A stretch of 64,000 nt of DNA from Octopus vulgaris (taxonomy: Eukaryota). This document shows, piece after piece, positions 24,960-39,502 of the stretch. Below the pieces are notes generated by a model. That model saw only the letters and a program-made list of their open reading frames with translations, was not told the origin of the DNA and searched no databases. The stretch's first letter is position 1. The number at the start of each line of letters is the position of its first letter. The DNA is taken from the NCBI GenBank assembly GCA_951406725.2, contig OX597827.1, positions 68,014,001-68,078,000 on the forward strand. Direction: 5' to 3'. Both the position numbers and the translations under genes were made by a program.

Positions 24960-25863
24960 TTAATCCTTTTCTTACCATATTTCTATTGAACTACAAGCTC
25001 TTTACTTCAATTAATTTTGAAAATAATAAAAAGTTTACAAAAATATTTACTAAATAGGTACAGGTGCCTGCTGTGTGATCAGAAGCTTACTTCCCACCAA
25101 CCACATGGTTCTGGGTTCAGTCTTACTGTGTGGCACTTTGGGCATGGTGTCTTGTACTATAGCCTCGGGACAAACAAAAGCCTTGTGAGTGGATTTGGTT
25201 TGTGGAAACTGAAACAAGACCATCGTATGTATACCTATATATATATATTAGAAAGATTGGAGATGATGTAAATGTATTACATATTAGAAGAAATAAGGTA
25301 CTCAGAAATCTGGATGGTTTTATATTTACAGATATTTATTAGCATGTTACATGTTTTTATACATCATATATCATATATTAGTGCTTTCATCCATTCTAGT
25401 GGAGTCTTCAAATTGATTGTATTAAAATAATTCTTATATGTAATTAATACAATGAGATAAAAATCCAATGTTGTGAAAGATTTCAGAACACCGGAGACGG
25501 TGTGAGAAAATGGTTAAGCAATAGTTATTCTTGAGAATAACATATATATATATACTTAAGCAATAGTTATTCTAGAGAAGATATGAAATAGAGAGTGAAG
25601 TGGAGGAATGAAGACAGACGTGAGATATGCAGGGATATTGTATCTGCAGATCTATTATTATTTAAGCAGAATGATATACATATAAGTTTTCTGTAACTTG
25701 TGTGTAAGTTCCAATAGTATTTAAAATTAGTCATTCCAAGCATTTATTTATGTGTGTATGTGTGTGTGTGTTTGTGTGTGTGTATGTATATATGTATGTA
25801 TATATGCATGTATGTATACATATATGTGTATATATATAATATATAAATATATATATATATGTA

Positions 25864-25896
<33 letters not shown>

Positions 25897-25930
25897 GTGT
25901 TATATGTATGTATATATGTATGTATGTATG

Positions 25931-25978
<48 letters not shown>

Positions 25979-26481
25979 TATATGTATATGCATATGTATA
26001 TATATAATATGATTAATATATATATGCATATTTACATGCATGTGTACATACTTACATATATACCTATATATATATATATATATATACATAATTTTTGAAA
26101 CAATGAATCTTGAAGCAGACAGAGATATAAATAATAGCGTGTAGATATTAGGGTGAAAAACCCAATATTTACATTTCCAATATTTACATGCTATATACAA
26201 TAGTAGAACAAGTTGACCGCTGTCTATATTTCTCCAGTAGATATGATAATCAATCTACAACAATCCTTTGAATTTCTGTATCCGGTTTAGAAATTTTATA
26301 CCTGCCAGGTAGGTGATGATGTACTGAATGACACTTGCAGACATATCTTAAGGAACTGAGATTTGTCTACATTGTGGAAGATGTTAGTAACTCTAAAGAA
26401 AAGAGCAGATAATTTCAATATGCTGTTGATAAATGCCATTGGCCCAGAAATATAAAGAGGGGGAAATGTGTGTGTATATAT

Positions 26482-26850
26482 CATCATCATCATCATCATC
26501 ATCATTTAACGTCCGTTTTCCATGGTAGCATGGGTTGGACAGTTCAACTGGGGTCTGTGAGGCCAGAAGGCTGCACCAAGCTCCAGTCTGATCTGGCAGT
26601 GTTTCTACAGCTGGATGCCCTTCCTAATGCCAACCACTCCATGAATGTAGTGGGTGCTTTTTCCATGCCAGTGGCACAGGGGCCAGAGGAGGCTGGCAAC
26701 AGACATGATTGGTCGGTGCTTTTTACGTGCCACCAGCACGAAAGCCAGTCAAGGTAGCGCTGGCATCACCCATGTTCAGTTGATGCTTTTTACGTGCCAC
26801 CGGCACTGGGATCACAACTACAATTTCCATTTGATTTTAATTTTGATGTT
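26482..26850 (-). mobile_element. SINE-like family D (RTE-type tail)
   Basis: Homologous to 7932-8235. Confidence 0.75.
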
Positions 26851-26877
26851 GACACACACACACACACACACATATAC

Positions 26878-26912
<35 letters not shown>

Positions 26913-27148
26913 CTTTTTTCTCTCTCTCCCTCTCAATATATATATATTGATTTATTCTTTTCGTTTATTCTTTTATTTGTTTCAGTCATTTGGCTGTGTA
27001 CATGGTGGAGCACCACCCGTAGTCAAACAAATCAACTCCAGAATGTATTCTTTGTAAACATAGTACTTATTCTATCGGTCTCTTTTGCCGAACCACTAAG
27101 TTACGGAGACGTAAGCACTCAATATTAATATATATATATGACTGTATG

Positions 27149-27220
<72 letters not shown>

Positions 27221-27450
27221 TATATATGTATATATATATATATATATGTATATGTATATAAATATATATACTTCATTTTAAGCAGCAGAAAATTCAACAA
27301 AATCTGCTACTCTGAGTTTCTTGTTGCTGTTCATCATATTACTCTACCACTGGTATTTGAGTACTCTTTTTTCCACCTTGTTTCACATTTATGTGTTTAC
27401 TCCGGTATAAATATATATATGTATATATATCTAAATATATATATATGCAT

Positions 27451-27519
<69 letters not shown>

Positions 27520-27585
27520 GGTCCCGGGTTGATTCGGGGTTAACCACAGTAAGTAAGGTACTCAATACATAGCAGAGTAAAATTA

Positions 27586-27717
27586 ATTTATTATATAGAA
27601 GGAGCTTCTACAGGACTAGTACTGTTTCATTCAAGAGAAATCTTCAGGAAGCTTCCTGAAGATTTCTCTTGAATGAAACAGTACTAGTCCTGTAGAAGCT
27701 CCTTCTATATAATAAAT
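27586..27717. repeat. Perfect 132-bp spacerless palindrome, probably a folded-back PLE terminus
   Basis: 66-bp arms around central AAG|CTT; each strand has CTGAAGA-tttctcttgaat-GAAACAGTA. Confidence 0.9.
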
Positions 27718-28348
27718 ATATATATATATATATATATGCAGATGGGTTTCCCTTTTGGCTCAGAAGATATCTGAATGTCACTGTAGAATCTGATGAATTG
27801 CATTCAGATACAGAGAGATACACACAAACCATATTAACCTCTGTGAATTAACTCATTGAAAAAGAAACCATTCAGAAATGAATGAGGTGACATTGGGGAG
27901 ACCGGCTATGATGTCACATACATATATAACATATATATATATCCGCATACTTATGTGAGAGCGTGCATGTGTGTGTGTATGTGTGTGTGTGTGCACATAA
28001 GATCAGGCAACCTCTGGCCTTTGTGATATGAGCAGGTGTGCAAAAGTAGGTGGGCAGGTATAACTGTATAAGCATGTGAGTGTGTTTGTTGTGTGTACAG
28101 GTACATAATTGTATTCATATTTATATGCATATAAATATAGGTATATATGTGAGTATTCGCATATAAATACTTAATGGTATTTATATATCAAATTAATTAT
28201 ATACATACAAGAGTGGTAACAGTGATTTAAAAGTTACAAGCAGTTAACTTTTTTACTCTACAAACTGTATTGAGTAACCCTTCAGTTTAATGTTTATATA
28301 ACACCAACTATAAGTGAACATTAACAAGTAACATATATATAAAACCAG

Positions 28349-28386
<38 letters not shown>

Positions 28387-28531
28387 GTATTGATATCCAG
28401 TAGACCCAAGGTGGCAGGTAACACAGTGTAAGTGCTATGGAAGGATAGTAGTTAAACTCCCAGTTCAATAATGATACAATAACTCCTCATATTGAACTCT
28501 AATATTTCCCTCTATTTAAGCATCTCACATT

Positions 28532-28579
28532 GTCTCTGATGAAGGGATATCCCTAATATCCCAGAAACAGCTGTAAGAC
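28532..28579 (+). ncRNA. Canonical minimal type-I hammerhead ribozyme motif
   Basis: gtct-CTGATGA-a-gggatat-cccta-atatccc-a-GAAA-CAGCTG-TA-agac; predicted cleavage after 28575. Confidence 0.8.
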
Positions 28580-28644
28580 TACCTTTCTCTTTATAACCTT
28601 GGATTTGTTTCATTTTAATTAACATAAATATATAAATATATTCA

Positions 28645-28706
<62 letters not shown>

Positions 28707-28751
28707 AATATATATGTACACATATATACATAGATACATATATATAAATAC

Positions 28752-28812
<61 letters not shown>

Positions 28813-29106
28813 GAAATGAGGTACTCAGAAGATCGGACGGTTTATATTTACAGATATTTATTTATATATTACATTTTTTATATATATATCATATCACTTA
28901 GATCATTAGCGCTTTCTCCCATTCTAGTGGGGTTTTCAAATCAAACTAAGTTCCTGTGTGAGGAATTTTGATCATTTTATAGAGTTTCGTAGTGGTGGGG
29001 AGGAATATAAGACAGTACAAGAGGATGATGGATGAGGAGAAAAGTGAGAGAGAGAACATGTATATTTCTATATATATATGTATATGAATAAAGTGAGAGA
29101 GAGAAC

Positions 29107-29143
<37 letters not shown>

Positions 29144-29343
29144 TAAATACGAGATACATGAAGTACAGGACATCACCGATGAGGAAAAAATTAAAATTAT
29201 CATCATCTTCATTTAACATCCGCTGTGTCTATGTATGTATATACATATACATGCATGTACTACATACATAATACATGTACAGACATATAGTCAGATGTAT
29301 ACATAGAAACCAATACACATACACACACACACATGCAAGTATA

Positions 29344-29389
<46 letters not shown>

Positions 29390-29428
29390 CACACACATAT
29401 TCATACATACATATATATATATATATAA

Positions 29429-29459
<31 letters not shown>

Positions 29460-29729
29460 CACAAACTCTCACAATCATATAAGACAGCTTTTCTACTTAC
29501 CCCACCCTACACCCCCACCACATACTCATACATTCACCCAAATCCAGTTATTCTGTTAACGAGAAGGTTATGTTGACATCATGGAATCTTAAGTAATTAC
29601 TAGCAGCGTTATGATATTTTTGAATGTATATGTAACTATGCATGTATATTTTTTACATATGAATGACTATACATATACATATATATATATATATATGTAT
29701 GTAAATATAGAGAGATAGATAGATAGATT

Positions 29730-29797
<68 letters not shown>

Positions 29798-30029
29798 CAC
29801 ACACATTTATATGTATATATAGAGAGATATATATACACAAATGAGTGTGTATTTATATATATATATCTGTAAATAAGTATATATAAATTTACATATATAT
29901 ATATATATCTATATATACATACAGAATGTATGCATATATATGTGTATATATATGTGTATATATATACATATACATGTATGTATACATACATATGTATATA
30001 TATATACATGTATGTATACATACATATAT

Positions 30030-30073
<44 letters not shown>

Positions 30074-30134
30074 TCATATATATACATATACACACATATG
30101 TATGCATATACATATACACACACACACACAAATA

Positions 30135-30187
<53 letters not shown>

Positions 30188-31094
30188 GTATTTACATATG
30201 TGTGTGCCATTATTTCAAATCCTAACGTTACCTTAATAATTTTCACCAAATTCATGGAGAATTCTAGAAGTTCCACAAATGCCACTCAAAGGTTAATATA
30301 AGGATAGCTATTATTTTTATAGTTATTTCTAAATTATTATTATTATTATCATTATTATTATTATTATTATTATTATTGTTGTTGTTGTTGTTATTGTTGT
30401 TGTTGTTGTTGTTGTTATTAGTATCTATGTTGGTCTAATTTTTTTTAGTTTGTGTTTGTTAAAGGCATAATCAACATATGGCTTTTGTAAGGAATATGGA
30501 ATGATGGGTATGTTTATTATTTGTGTGTGTATGTGTGTATGTGTGAGTGAATGTGTGTGTGTGTATGTGTGTGTGTGTGAATGCTTGCTTTTCATGAACT
30601 GTGGGTTTGTATGTGTGGGTGTATGGGGACATATTTGTGTTTGTGTGTTTTTATATGCGTAGTGTTGGTGGTGGTGGTGGTGGTGGTGGTGGTAGTGGTG
30701 GCCGTGAGTGTTGGTGATGGTGGTGGTGGTGGTGGTGGTTGTGTGTGTATGTATGTACGTATATAATTATATATGTGCGTGTATATGTGCATGTTTGTAA
30801 GTGACATAAAATGTACATATATATATGTATATATATATATATGTATGTGTGTGTGTACATATATACATACATATATATGTATATATATATATATATTTAT
30901 ACATATATCGAAATGATCGTGACTTCTGGTACTTGACTGAGGAAAGAAGGCCACGATTGATCTGTCCTTTTTTGCCTGTCCTTCTAATTGTGGTTTCTCT
31001 TGTTCACCTTTCTGTCACCTATTTTTTCGAATGTTTTATTGTCCTCTATTGCGTTGTTGTTCCATTTTTATATTTATATAAATGTGTACGTACC

Positions 31095-31166
<72 letters not shown>

Positions 31167-31881
31167 GCGTACGTACACACTTGTGCTCACCTTATAGTAG
31201 GTATGTATCTAAATTTTGTATGACTCTTACTCTATCGTTAAGTCCCCCCTCTTACTTTCTTCCCTTTTCTTTTTCTCGCTCCCCTCTCTCTCTCACATTT
31301 CTTGGCCCTCTCTTTCTTTAACTCCCACTATTTCCCACTCGTTTATCTCTTCTGTACCTTTCTCTTTGTCTGATTTTTTTCTAATCCTTCAATCCCGCTG
31401 CCCCCTACCCATCTCTCCTCCTTCCACGTGACTGGTGTCCAGCCAGCCATGATCTTTCTTTCTTGGCCTGACTGCTAACCACCAACATCTCCTCTGTTCC
31501 TGCCCTTAGGTTTTCACTTCATACAGCCAGCTCAATTGGATTCGTTCTCAGTCGAAAGACACCTGTTGTTATTTTCTTGTTGTTTGTATTCGTAATTGTG
31601 TACCATGTGCCTAGTTTTTTGTCTTTGTTGCCGTACACATTCGCTAGCATTTTTACAAAGGGGGCTAATACTCTTAGCTTAGACATTTTGGAGGGCAACC
31701 AGATCGAACGGTCTCAAATGTAACTGCCAGAAATGGTCATGCCTTCTGGTACTTGACTGAGGGAAGAAAGCCAAGAATGACTCGTCTTTTTTTTGCCTGT
31801 CCTTCTAATTATTCCTCTTGTCTGCCTATTTATCGTCTATCTGTCCAAATGTTTTAATACCCTCTATTGCGTTTTTGCTCC

Positions 31882-31952
<71 letters not shown>

Positions 31953-32043
31953 TTTGTGTGTGCGTGGTGTGTTTGTGTGTGTATTTGTGTGTACATTTGC
32001 ATAAATATATATTTGTATGTGTGCATGTATATGTATATATATA

Positions 32044-32242
32044 GGGAGAGTTTACGAAAAAAACAAACGACAAAGACAGGTGGTGTACAAAACAAACGGA
32101 TGTATTAGTATGACACTCATGAATAGAAAAAAGTCTTTTACGTTTCGAGCCTACGCTCTTCTACAGAAAGGGACACAGAAAAAAAACAAGGAGAGAAGAA
32201 AAGAGAGGAAAAAAGGAGAGGAAAAAATGTGTGTAGTGGCTA
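32044..32242 (-). mobile_element. PLE-type short repeat with a CUGUWGA-core hammerhead-like motif
   Basis: 32135-32170 minus: cttt-CTGTAGA-a-gagc-gtag-gctc-GAAACGTA-aaag; copies at 21281(+), 39814(-), 46048(-). Confidence 0.65.
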
Positions 32243-32357
32243 ATGTATATGTATATATATATATGTGTGTATATATATATATATATATACTTACATACAT
32301 ACATACATACACATACACATATATATGTATATATATATATATGTATATATATATGTG

Positions 32358-32430
<73 letters not shown>

Positions 32431-32431
<1 letters not shown>

Positions 32432-32760
32432 GTGGAGGCACAATGGTTAGGGCAGCGGACTTGCAGTCATAGGCTCGTGGTTTTGATTTCCAGACTGGGT
32501 GTCGTGAGTGTTTATTGAACAAAAGCACTTAAAGCCCCACGATGTTCCGGCAGGGGATGGTGGCGAACCCTGCAGTACTCTTTCGCCACAACTCTCTCTT
32601 ATTCTTTCTTCCTGTTTCTGTTGTACTTGTATTTTGAAGGAGCAGCCTTGTCACACTCTATGTCACGCTGAATCTCCCTGATAACTACATGTCTGTGGAG
32701 TGCTCAGCCACTTGCATGTTAATTTCACGAGCAGGCTGGTACCCTCGTCGTCGTAACCGA
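32431..32760 (+). mobile_element. SINE family C head with a third tail type
   Basis: gtggaggcacaatggttagggcagcggac head; tail gccttgtcacac...ttaatttcacgagcaggctg. Confidence 0.75.
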
Positions 32761-32857
32761 ATGAGTGCCATGACATATACATATATGTATGTATATTTAT
32801 AAATATAATATATGCGTCTGTGTATATATGTGTGCGTGTGTGTGTGTACGTATCTAT

Positions 32858-33075
32858 ATTCAAAATGTGACCGCGTGTGTACCGTTGGCGATTTTTTTTC
32901 CTCCGTCTTCCCTTCTCTGGATCTTTCCTTCTCCTATGTTTCCGACGAAGAGATCCACTCGAAACGTTAAACCCTCCTTCCCTTCCTTCCTGAGCGTCCA
33001 ATAATACTATATTTGTTCCACGTCCTCGCGTTGTTGTGTTTTCTCTTTGTGTTTTCATGTTTGGATTAACTTTAT
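32858..33075 (+). mobile_element. PLE-type short repeat with CCGACGA hammerhead-like motif (32938-32972)
   Basis: Same family as 17322-17525. Confidence 0.7.
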
Positions 33076-33445
33076 ATATGTATATATATATATATGTATT
33101 CAGATGAATATGGTACTTAAGTTGAGTTGAGGCACCAGAATTTAGCACAGTATTATCCATAAAATTTCAAAGCAAGGTGATTAAACTCAAAATAAACATC
33201 CTTGTTGCTTATATAATATATATATATATATAGGCAGAGAGAGGGAGAGATAGAAAGCACGAGAGATAGAGAGAGAGAGCAAAAGACAGGAAGACAGAAA
33301 TCAAGAGAAAGAGAGAGATAATACCTATGTGCATGCATGTGTGTGTGTGTGTGTGTTTGTGTGTGTGAAAATATGGATTTCCTTTGAACATAATAGAAAA
33401 AAGGGAATGTATATAATTGTTTATTGTGAATGCATAGGAAAGTGT

Positions 33446-33488
<43 letters not shown>

Positions 33489-33502
33489 TGAATGTATGTA
33501 TG

Positions 33503-33556
<54 letters not shown>

Positions 33557-34100
33557 TGAATGTATGTATGTATGCGTAAGAAATAATGCATTTTTATGTG
33601 CATCAATTGAAAGCATATATTTGTGTCTGATCTTGCTCAGGTGTGTAGAATGCGCAAAGTACGAGCCACATTGTCTCTCACCTTTACATTAAAAGGAAAA
33701 AAAAACAAAACAAATGCGCACCTATGCAGAATTGAAGTTACCTAGGTGCAAATCCATAGCTTAGAACTAGCAGCAGGTACACCTGTGTATATAAATGTAT
33801 ACATACATGCATATATACATAAATGCATATCTGTATAAATACATGCATATGTGCATATTTTCTTATATACATGCAGAAATTCTTGTGTTTACTCCTGTTT
33901 TAATATTCAGGTAAGTAGAATACCTGTCTGTTTTAATTGATGTTTCAATATTGGTTTCAAATTTTAGCACAAGGCCAGCACTTTGTTTTAATGTTATCAA
34001 TAATTGCTTCTGGCATGTGTAACAAGGCTGTAATTTATCTCTCCCTTTCTTTCTCTATCTCTTTCTCTCTCTCTCTTCTCCCTCTCTTTCTGTGTGTGTG

Positions 34101-34138
<38 letters not shown>

Positions 34139-34347
34139 CACAAACACACACACACACACACACACACATACACACACACACATATACACGCATGCACACA
34201 CACACACACACACATACACACACACACATATATAAATATATACATACATATACACACATGCACACACACAGATATATATATACATACATTCATGCATACA
34301 TATATATATATACATACATATATATACACATGCACACACACACATAT

Positions 34348-34392
<45 letters not shown>

Positions 34393-34445
34393 TAATATAC
34401 ATACATGCACACACTCATATATACATACATACATACATACATACA

Positions 34446-34481
<36 letters not shown>

Positions 34482-34962
34482 TACACACATACACACACAC
34501 ACCGCACACACAAATGCTGCCCCAATTTAGCCAAACCCTGACAATGGAGTCAAAACCAATACCCCCTTATTTATAATAGGGTATCTCCTGGAAAGACATT
34601 CTTCAACTCAATAACACCCCCAATTAGTTTTGTCTGTTGACTGATAGTTTACCCTAGTTTGCTGGGAAGTTTTGCAGGGCTTTTGTCCCCCTCCCTTTTT
34701 TTTTCTTGTTTTCTCATGTTTTTCACGGTTCTTTTTTTTTTTTTGAGACATGATGTGTAGAAAAAAAAAAGTTACATTCTGTTGCTTGGGTTTTGTTATG
34801 TGTTTGCTTGTATGTAACTTCAGTTGTTGAACGTTAGCATTGGTTCAAAATGCTGAGAATTGGGTTGGATATATCCTTGGGTCTTGATTTTTCCGTTTTA
34901 TTTTATAGATATAAAGCACGATTTATTCCTGATCAGAGGCGTTCGTAAACCGAGGTTCTACT

Positions 34963-35049
<87 letters not shown>

Positions 35050-35051
<2 letters not shown>

Positions 35052-35270
35052 AAGTTAATCCAAACAAGAAAGCACAAAAAAACACAAGAACGCGAGGACG
35101 TGGAACAAATATAGTATTATTGGACGCTCAGGAAAGAAGGAAAGAAGGAGGGTTTAACGTTTCGAGCGCGGAACTCTTCGTCGGAAACATAGGAGAAGGA
35201 AAGATCCAAAAAAGGGAAGACAGAGGAAAGAAAATCGCCAACGGTACACTCGAGGTCACATTTTGAAAGA
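35050..35270 (-). mobile_element. PLE-type short repeat with CCGACGA hammerhead-like motif (35152-35188)
   Basis: Reverse complement of 32858-33075. Confidence 0.7.
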
Positions 35271-35283
35271 CCGGAAGGAAAAG

Positions 35284-35324
<41 letters not shown>

Positions 35325-36277
35325 ATATAATAAATCCAATATTTCCCTGGTTTAATCTCCATCATATTAGAAGAAAATCTCTACAATATGTTTGGGATTA
35401 TTATTATTAATAAGTATTATTAATAAGGTAAGAAAATGGAAAGTTGGGGATGTATAATTAATTTATTTATTTGTTTCATAGTTTGAAGTTGAAATTTAAA
35501 TACAAATAAATTTTGAAAAAGTACAAAAGAAATTAAAAAGAAAATCTACATACGTTTCGATACACTGAAAGATCTTTACCTTTTGACCTACGGATTTAAA
35601 AAGTAAGCAACAGGATGCAAGCGAAGATTTTTTTTCTTCTGCGACAACTAAAAGATCTTTACCTTTTGACCTACAGATTTAAAAGAATAATTTTTTGTAA
35701 CTAAACACTTTCAAACTTCGGACACTGGTAGAATGTGTCATATAAAAAATCTTTTACTCTTAGCATTTTTGAGAAAAACTTATATTTACGAAGTTATTTC
35801 ACGTTAAAGTAGTCGTATTTCGGTCATTTCAACCAATCAATGACGTGTATTCAGCTGAATTAAATTTTCTACTGGTGTTATCATGGCTTTTCTCAAAGAG
35901 CTGTCGAATTACAAAAGATCATGTCGGTTATGTTATGTTCAAGTTGTATCTTACTTGAAATTCAGGAAACACTGTTGAAGTTTATTCTGGGAGCAGGGGA
36001 GGCGTAGCAACAGGATGCAAGCGAAGATTTTTTTTCCCTGCGACAACTAAAAGAGATATGGTCGTGGCTGTTATTGTAATCAGTACGATCACCTTTCGTT
36101 TTGTAAATAGTTGTGATGGTGGCATGTTTCCAGAAGTCAGGTAATCTGCCAACCTTTTAAGCAACATGAGAAGAAATCAGGCAGTTTGTTTCGCAGATGA
36201 ACTCCACCATACATGTAAACCTCGCCAGGAATGATATCCACGCCTCGCGCATTTTAGTTTTCTGATGCATTGATAGT

Positions 36278-36587
36278 GTGGAGGCGCAACGGCCCAGTGG
36301 TTAAGGCAGCGGGCTCGCAGTCGGAGGATCGCGGTTTCGATTCCCAGGTCGGGCGTTATGTGTGTTTATTGAGCGAAAACGCCTAAAGCTCCACGAGCTC
36401 CGACAGAGGATGATGGCGACCCTTGTTGTACTCTTTCGCCCCAACTTTCTCTCACTCTTTCTTCCTGTTTCTTGAGTTATGCTGCGATGGACTGGCCTCC
36501 CGTCCAGCTGGGGGAAACACATACGCCATAGAAACCGCGAAACCGGGCCCATGAGCCTGGTTATGCTTGAAAAGGGCGCATAAAAAA
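36278..36587 (+). mobile_element. SINE family C, full length, with 13-bp target-site duplication
   Basis: TSD ATGCATTGATAGT at 36265-36277 and 36588-36600; tRNA-like head; gcgatggactggc V-domain-like motif; A tail. Confidence 0.92.
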
Positions 36588-36816
36588 ATGCATTGATAGT
36601 AGTAAAATGGTAGTAAATTTATGATTTGATGGCCTTCATCCAATTCCATCATTAAATGAAGAGCTAACAGGTTATTCTTTTAGTCTTTTATACTTTTACC
36701 TGTTTCAGTCATTCTGGCTGCGACCATGCTGGAGCACCGCCTTTTAGTCGAAGAAATCGACCCCAGGACTTATTCTTTGTAAACCTGGTATAAAGAATCT
36801 ATCGGTTTATTTTGGA

Positions 36817-36875
<59 letters not shown>

Positions 36876-37606
36876 CATTATTATTATTATTATTAAGGCG
36901 ATGAGCTGGCAGAATCGTTAGCACTCTGGACAAAATGCCTAGCAGTGTTTCGCCCGTCGCTACGTTCCGAGTTCAAATTTCTACCGAGGTCGACTTTACC
37001 TTTCATCCTTCCGGAGTCGATAAATTAAGTACCAGTCAAGTACTGGGGTTGATTTAATCGACTTGCACCACCAACCCACCGCCACAACTCTTTCAAAATT
37101 GCTGGTCTTCTGCCAGAATTAGAAAGAGTAATTAATATGTTTTTTGTTGTTGCTTATATTCGACTGACCATTCTACTTAAAGATGTAGTGCCACGTGGTG
37201 TTTTTTTTCTTCTCCCCCGATCTTGTGAAGTGTTCTGTCGTAGAGATTAGGTTGCTATTTCCAGCAGGGCAGGATGAACGAACACGTTAGGACGTTCGCC
37301 CTCACTGGACTCATTAATCTGGGATGTTAGCAAAAAGTAGAAAAAAAAAAACAACAAAAGAACCGACAACCGACTATCATCGTCAATACAAACACTTACC
37401 CTCCACCTTGCTCTCCCCACCCCCGCCCCAACACATAAATAAATATAATGTAACTCTATAAATATACAAATAAAACCTAAATAACAAATATCTAGACAAA
37501 TAAGAAGATAAGGGTATCTACTTGTCCTTCTTAATTCGCCCTTAGAGATAAGAAACGTTCATTGAAGCTAATGATTCTTTTATGTCGTAATATTTGCGTT
37601 GGATTT

Positions 37607-38550
37607 AAGGCGGCGAGCTGGCAGAAACGTTAGCACGCCGGGCGAAATGCGTAGCCGTATTTCATCTGCCGTTACGTTCTGAGTTCAAATTCCGCCGAGG
37701 TTGATTTTGCCTTTCATCCTTTCGGGGTGGTTAAATTAAGCACTGGGGGTCGATGTAATCGAATTAATCCGTTTGTCTGACCTTGTTTGTCCCCTCTATG
37801 TTTAACCCCTTGTGGGTAATAAAAAAATAAGTATTTCTTCTATTCAAATTCCGCCGAGGTCGACTTTGCCTTTCATCCTTTCGGGGTCGATAAATTAATT
37901 ACCAGTTACGCACTGGGGTCGATGTAATCGACATAATCCCTTTGTCTGTCCTTGTTTGTCCCCTCTGTGTTTAGCCCCTTGTGGGTAATAAAGAAATAGG
38001 TATTTCGTCTGCCGCTATGTTCTGAGTTCTAATTCCGCCGAGGTTGATTTTGCCTTTCATCATTTCGGGGTCGATAGATTAAGTACCAGTTACGCACTGG
38101 GGTCGATGTAATCGACATAATCCCTTTGTCTGTTCTTGTTTGTCCCTTCTATGTTTAGCCCCTTGTGTGCGGCACACTTGAAATAAAAGAAATAAGAAAC
38201 GTAAGCACGCCGGGCGAAATGCTTAGCTATATTTCGTCTGCCGTTACGTTCATCCTTTCAGGGTCGATAAATTAAGTACTGGGGGTCGATGTAATTCGAC
38301 TTAATCCCTTTGCTTGTTCCTTCTATGTTTAGCCCCTTGTGGTCAATAAAGAAATAAGAAACGTTAGCACGCCGGGCGAAATGCTTAGCTGTATTTCGTT
38401 TGTCTGAGTTCAAATTCAGCCGAGGTCGACTTTGCTTTTCATTCTTTCGGGGTCGCTAAATTAAGTACCAGTTGCGTACTGGGGTAGATCTAATCGACTG
38501 GACCCCTCCCTCAAATTTTCGGGCTTTGTGCCTAGAGTAGAAAAGATTAT
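37607..38550 (+). mobile_element. Head-to-tail tandem array of about five SINE family B units
   Basis: Repeated ccgaggtcgactttgcctttcatcc...ccccttgtggg units, progressively 5'-clipped. Confidence 0.88.
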
Positions 38551-38717
38551 TTGTATTGGTTTTACAATGTAATGTTTAAGAAGGAAAAAAAATGTTATTC
38601 GGTGTTATTTACTATGAGATATAATCATGGGCGTATGGATAAGATAGTTTGCGTTCTAATCGTACGGTTTTGGGCTCGTTCTCGCTGCGTGGCAGCGAGG
38701 GCAAGTGTTTTCTAAAG

Positions 38718-38852
38718 CAGTGCTCTGCAATCTTTTTTTTTACTTGTGGTACACTTATATTCTTTTCAAAATTCGGCGGCACACTTGAAATAAAAGTATG
38801 ATTAAAAGTACATCGTGTCGTGGCATATCCGCATATCGGTTGCGGGCCACTG
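38718..38852. mobile_element. Degenerate hAT-like MITE
   Basis: Termini cagtgctctgcaa / ttgcgggccactg; no clear TSD. Confidence 0.4.
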
Positions 38853-39070
38853 AAATATACTCATGAGGTGTGGGCATAGGCGCATGGATAGGAAGTTTGC
38901 GTATTAAACACTAGGGCGAGTGCCTTCTAGAGGACTGGCCAGTTTCATGTACGTGGAATCCGTTGGCAGGAACTGTTGGAAGCCCGTCATGTATATCTGC
39001 GTGTGTATGTCTGAATACATACCTAAATATGTACATACATAGACACTCATATATATGTGACATACATACA

Positions 39071-39483
39071 CTTTTACTCTTTTATTTGTTTCAGTCATTT
39101 GACTGCGGCCATGCTGGAGCACCGCCTTTAATCGAGCAACTCGACCCCGGGACTTATTCTTTTGTAAGCCCAGTACTTATTCTATCGGTCTCTTTTGCCG
39201 AACCACTAAGTAACGGGGTCATAAACACACCAGCATCGGTTATCAAGCAATGCTAGGAGGACAAACACAGACACACAAACACACACACGCACACATATAT
39301 ACATATATATACATATATACGACGGGCTTCTTTCAGTTTCCTTCTACCAAATCCACTCACAAGGCTTTGGTCGGCCCGAGGCTACAGTAGAAGACACTTG
39401 CCCAAGGTGCCACGAAGTGGGACTGAACCCGGAACCATGTAGTTGGTAAACAAGCTACTTACCACACAGCCACTCATGCGCCT
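39071..39483 (-). mobile_element. SINE family A, full length
   Basis: Consensus match. Confidence 0.92.
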
Positions 39484-39502
39484 ATACATACATACATGCG
39501 TT

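Noticed and set aside
26215-26465. Possible GIY-YIG relic on the minus strand
   Set aside because: Needs too many frameshifts to support by eye
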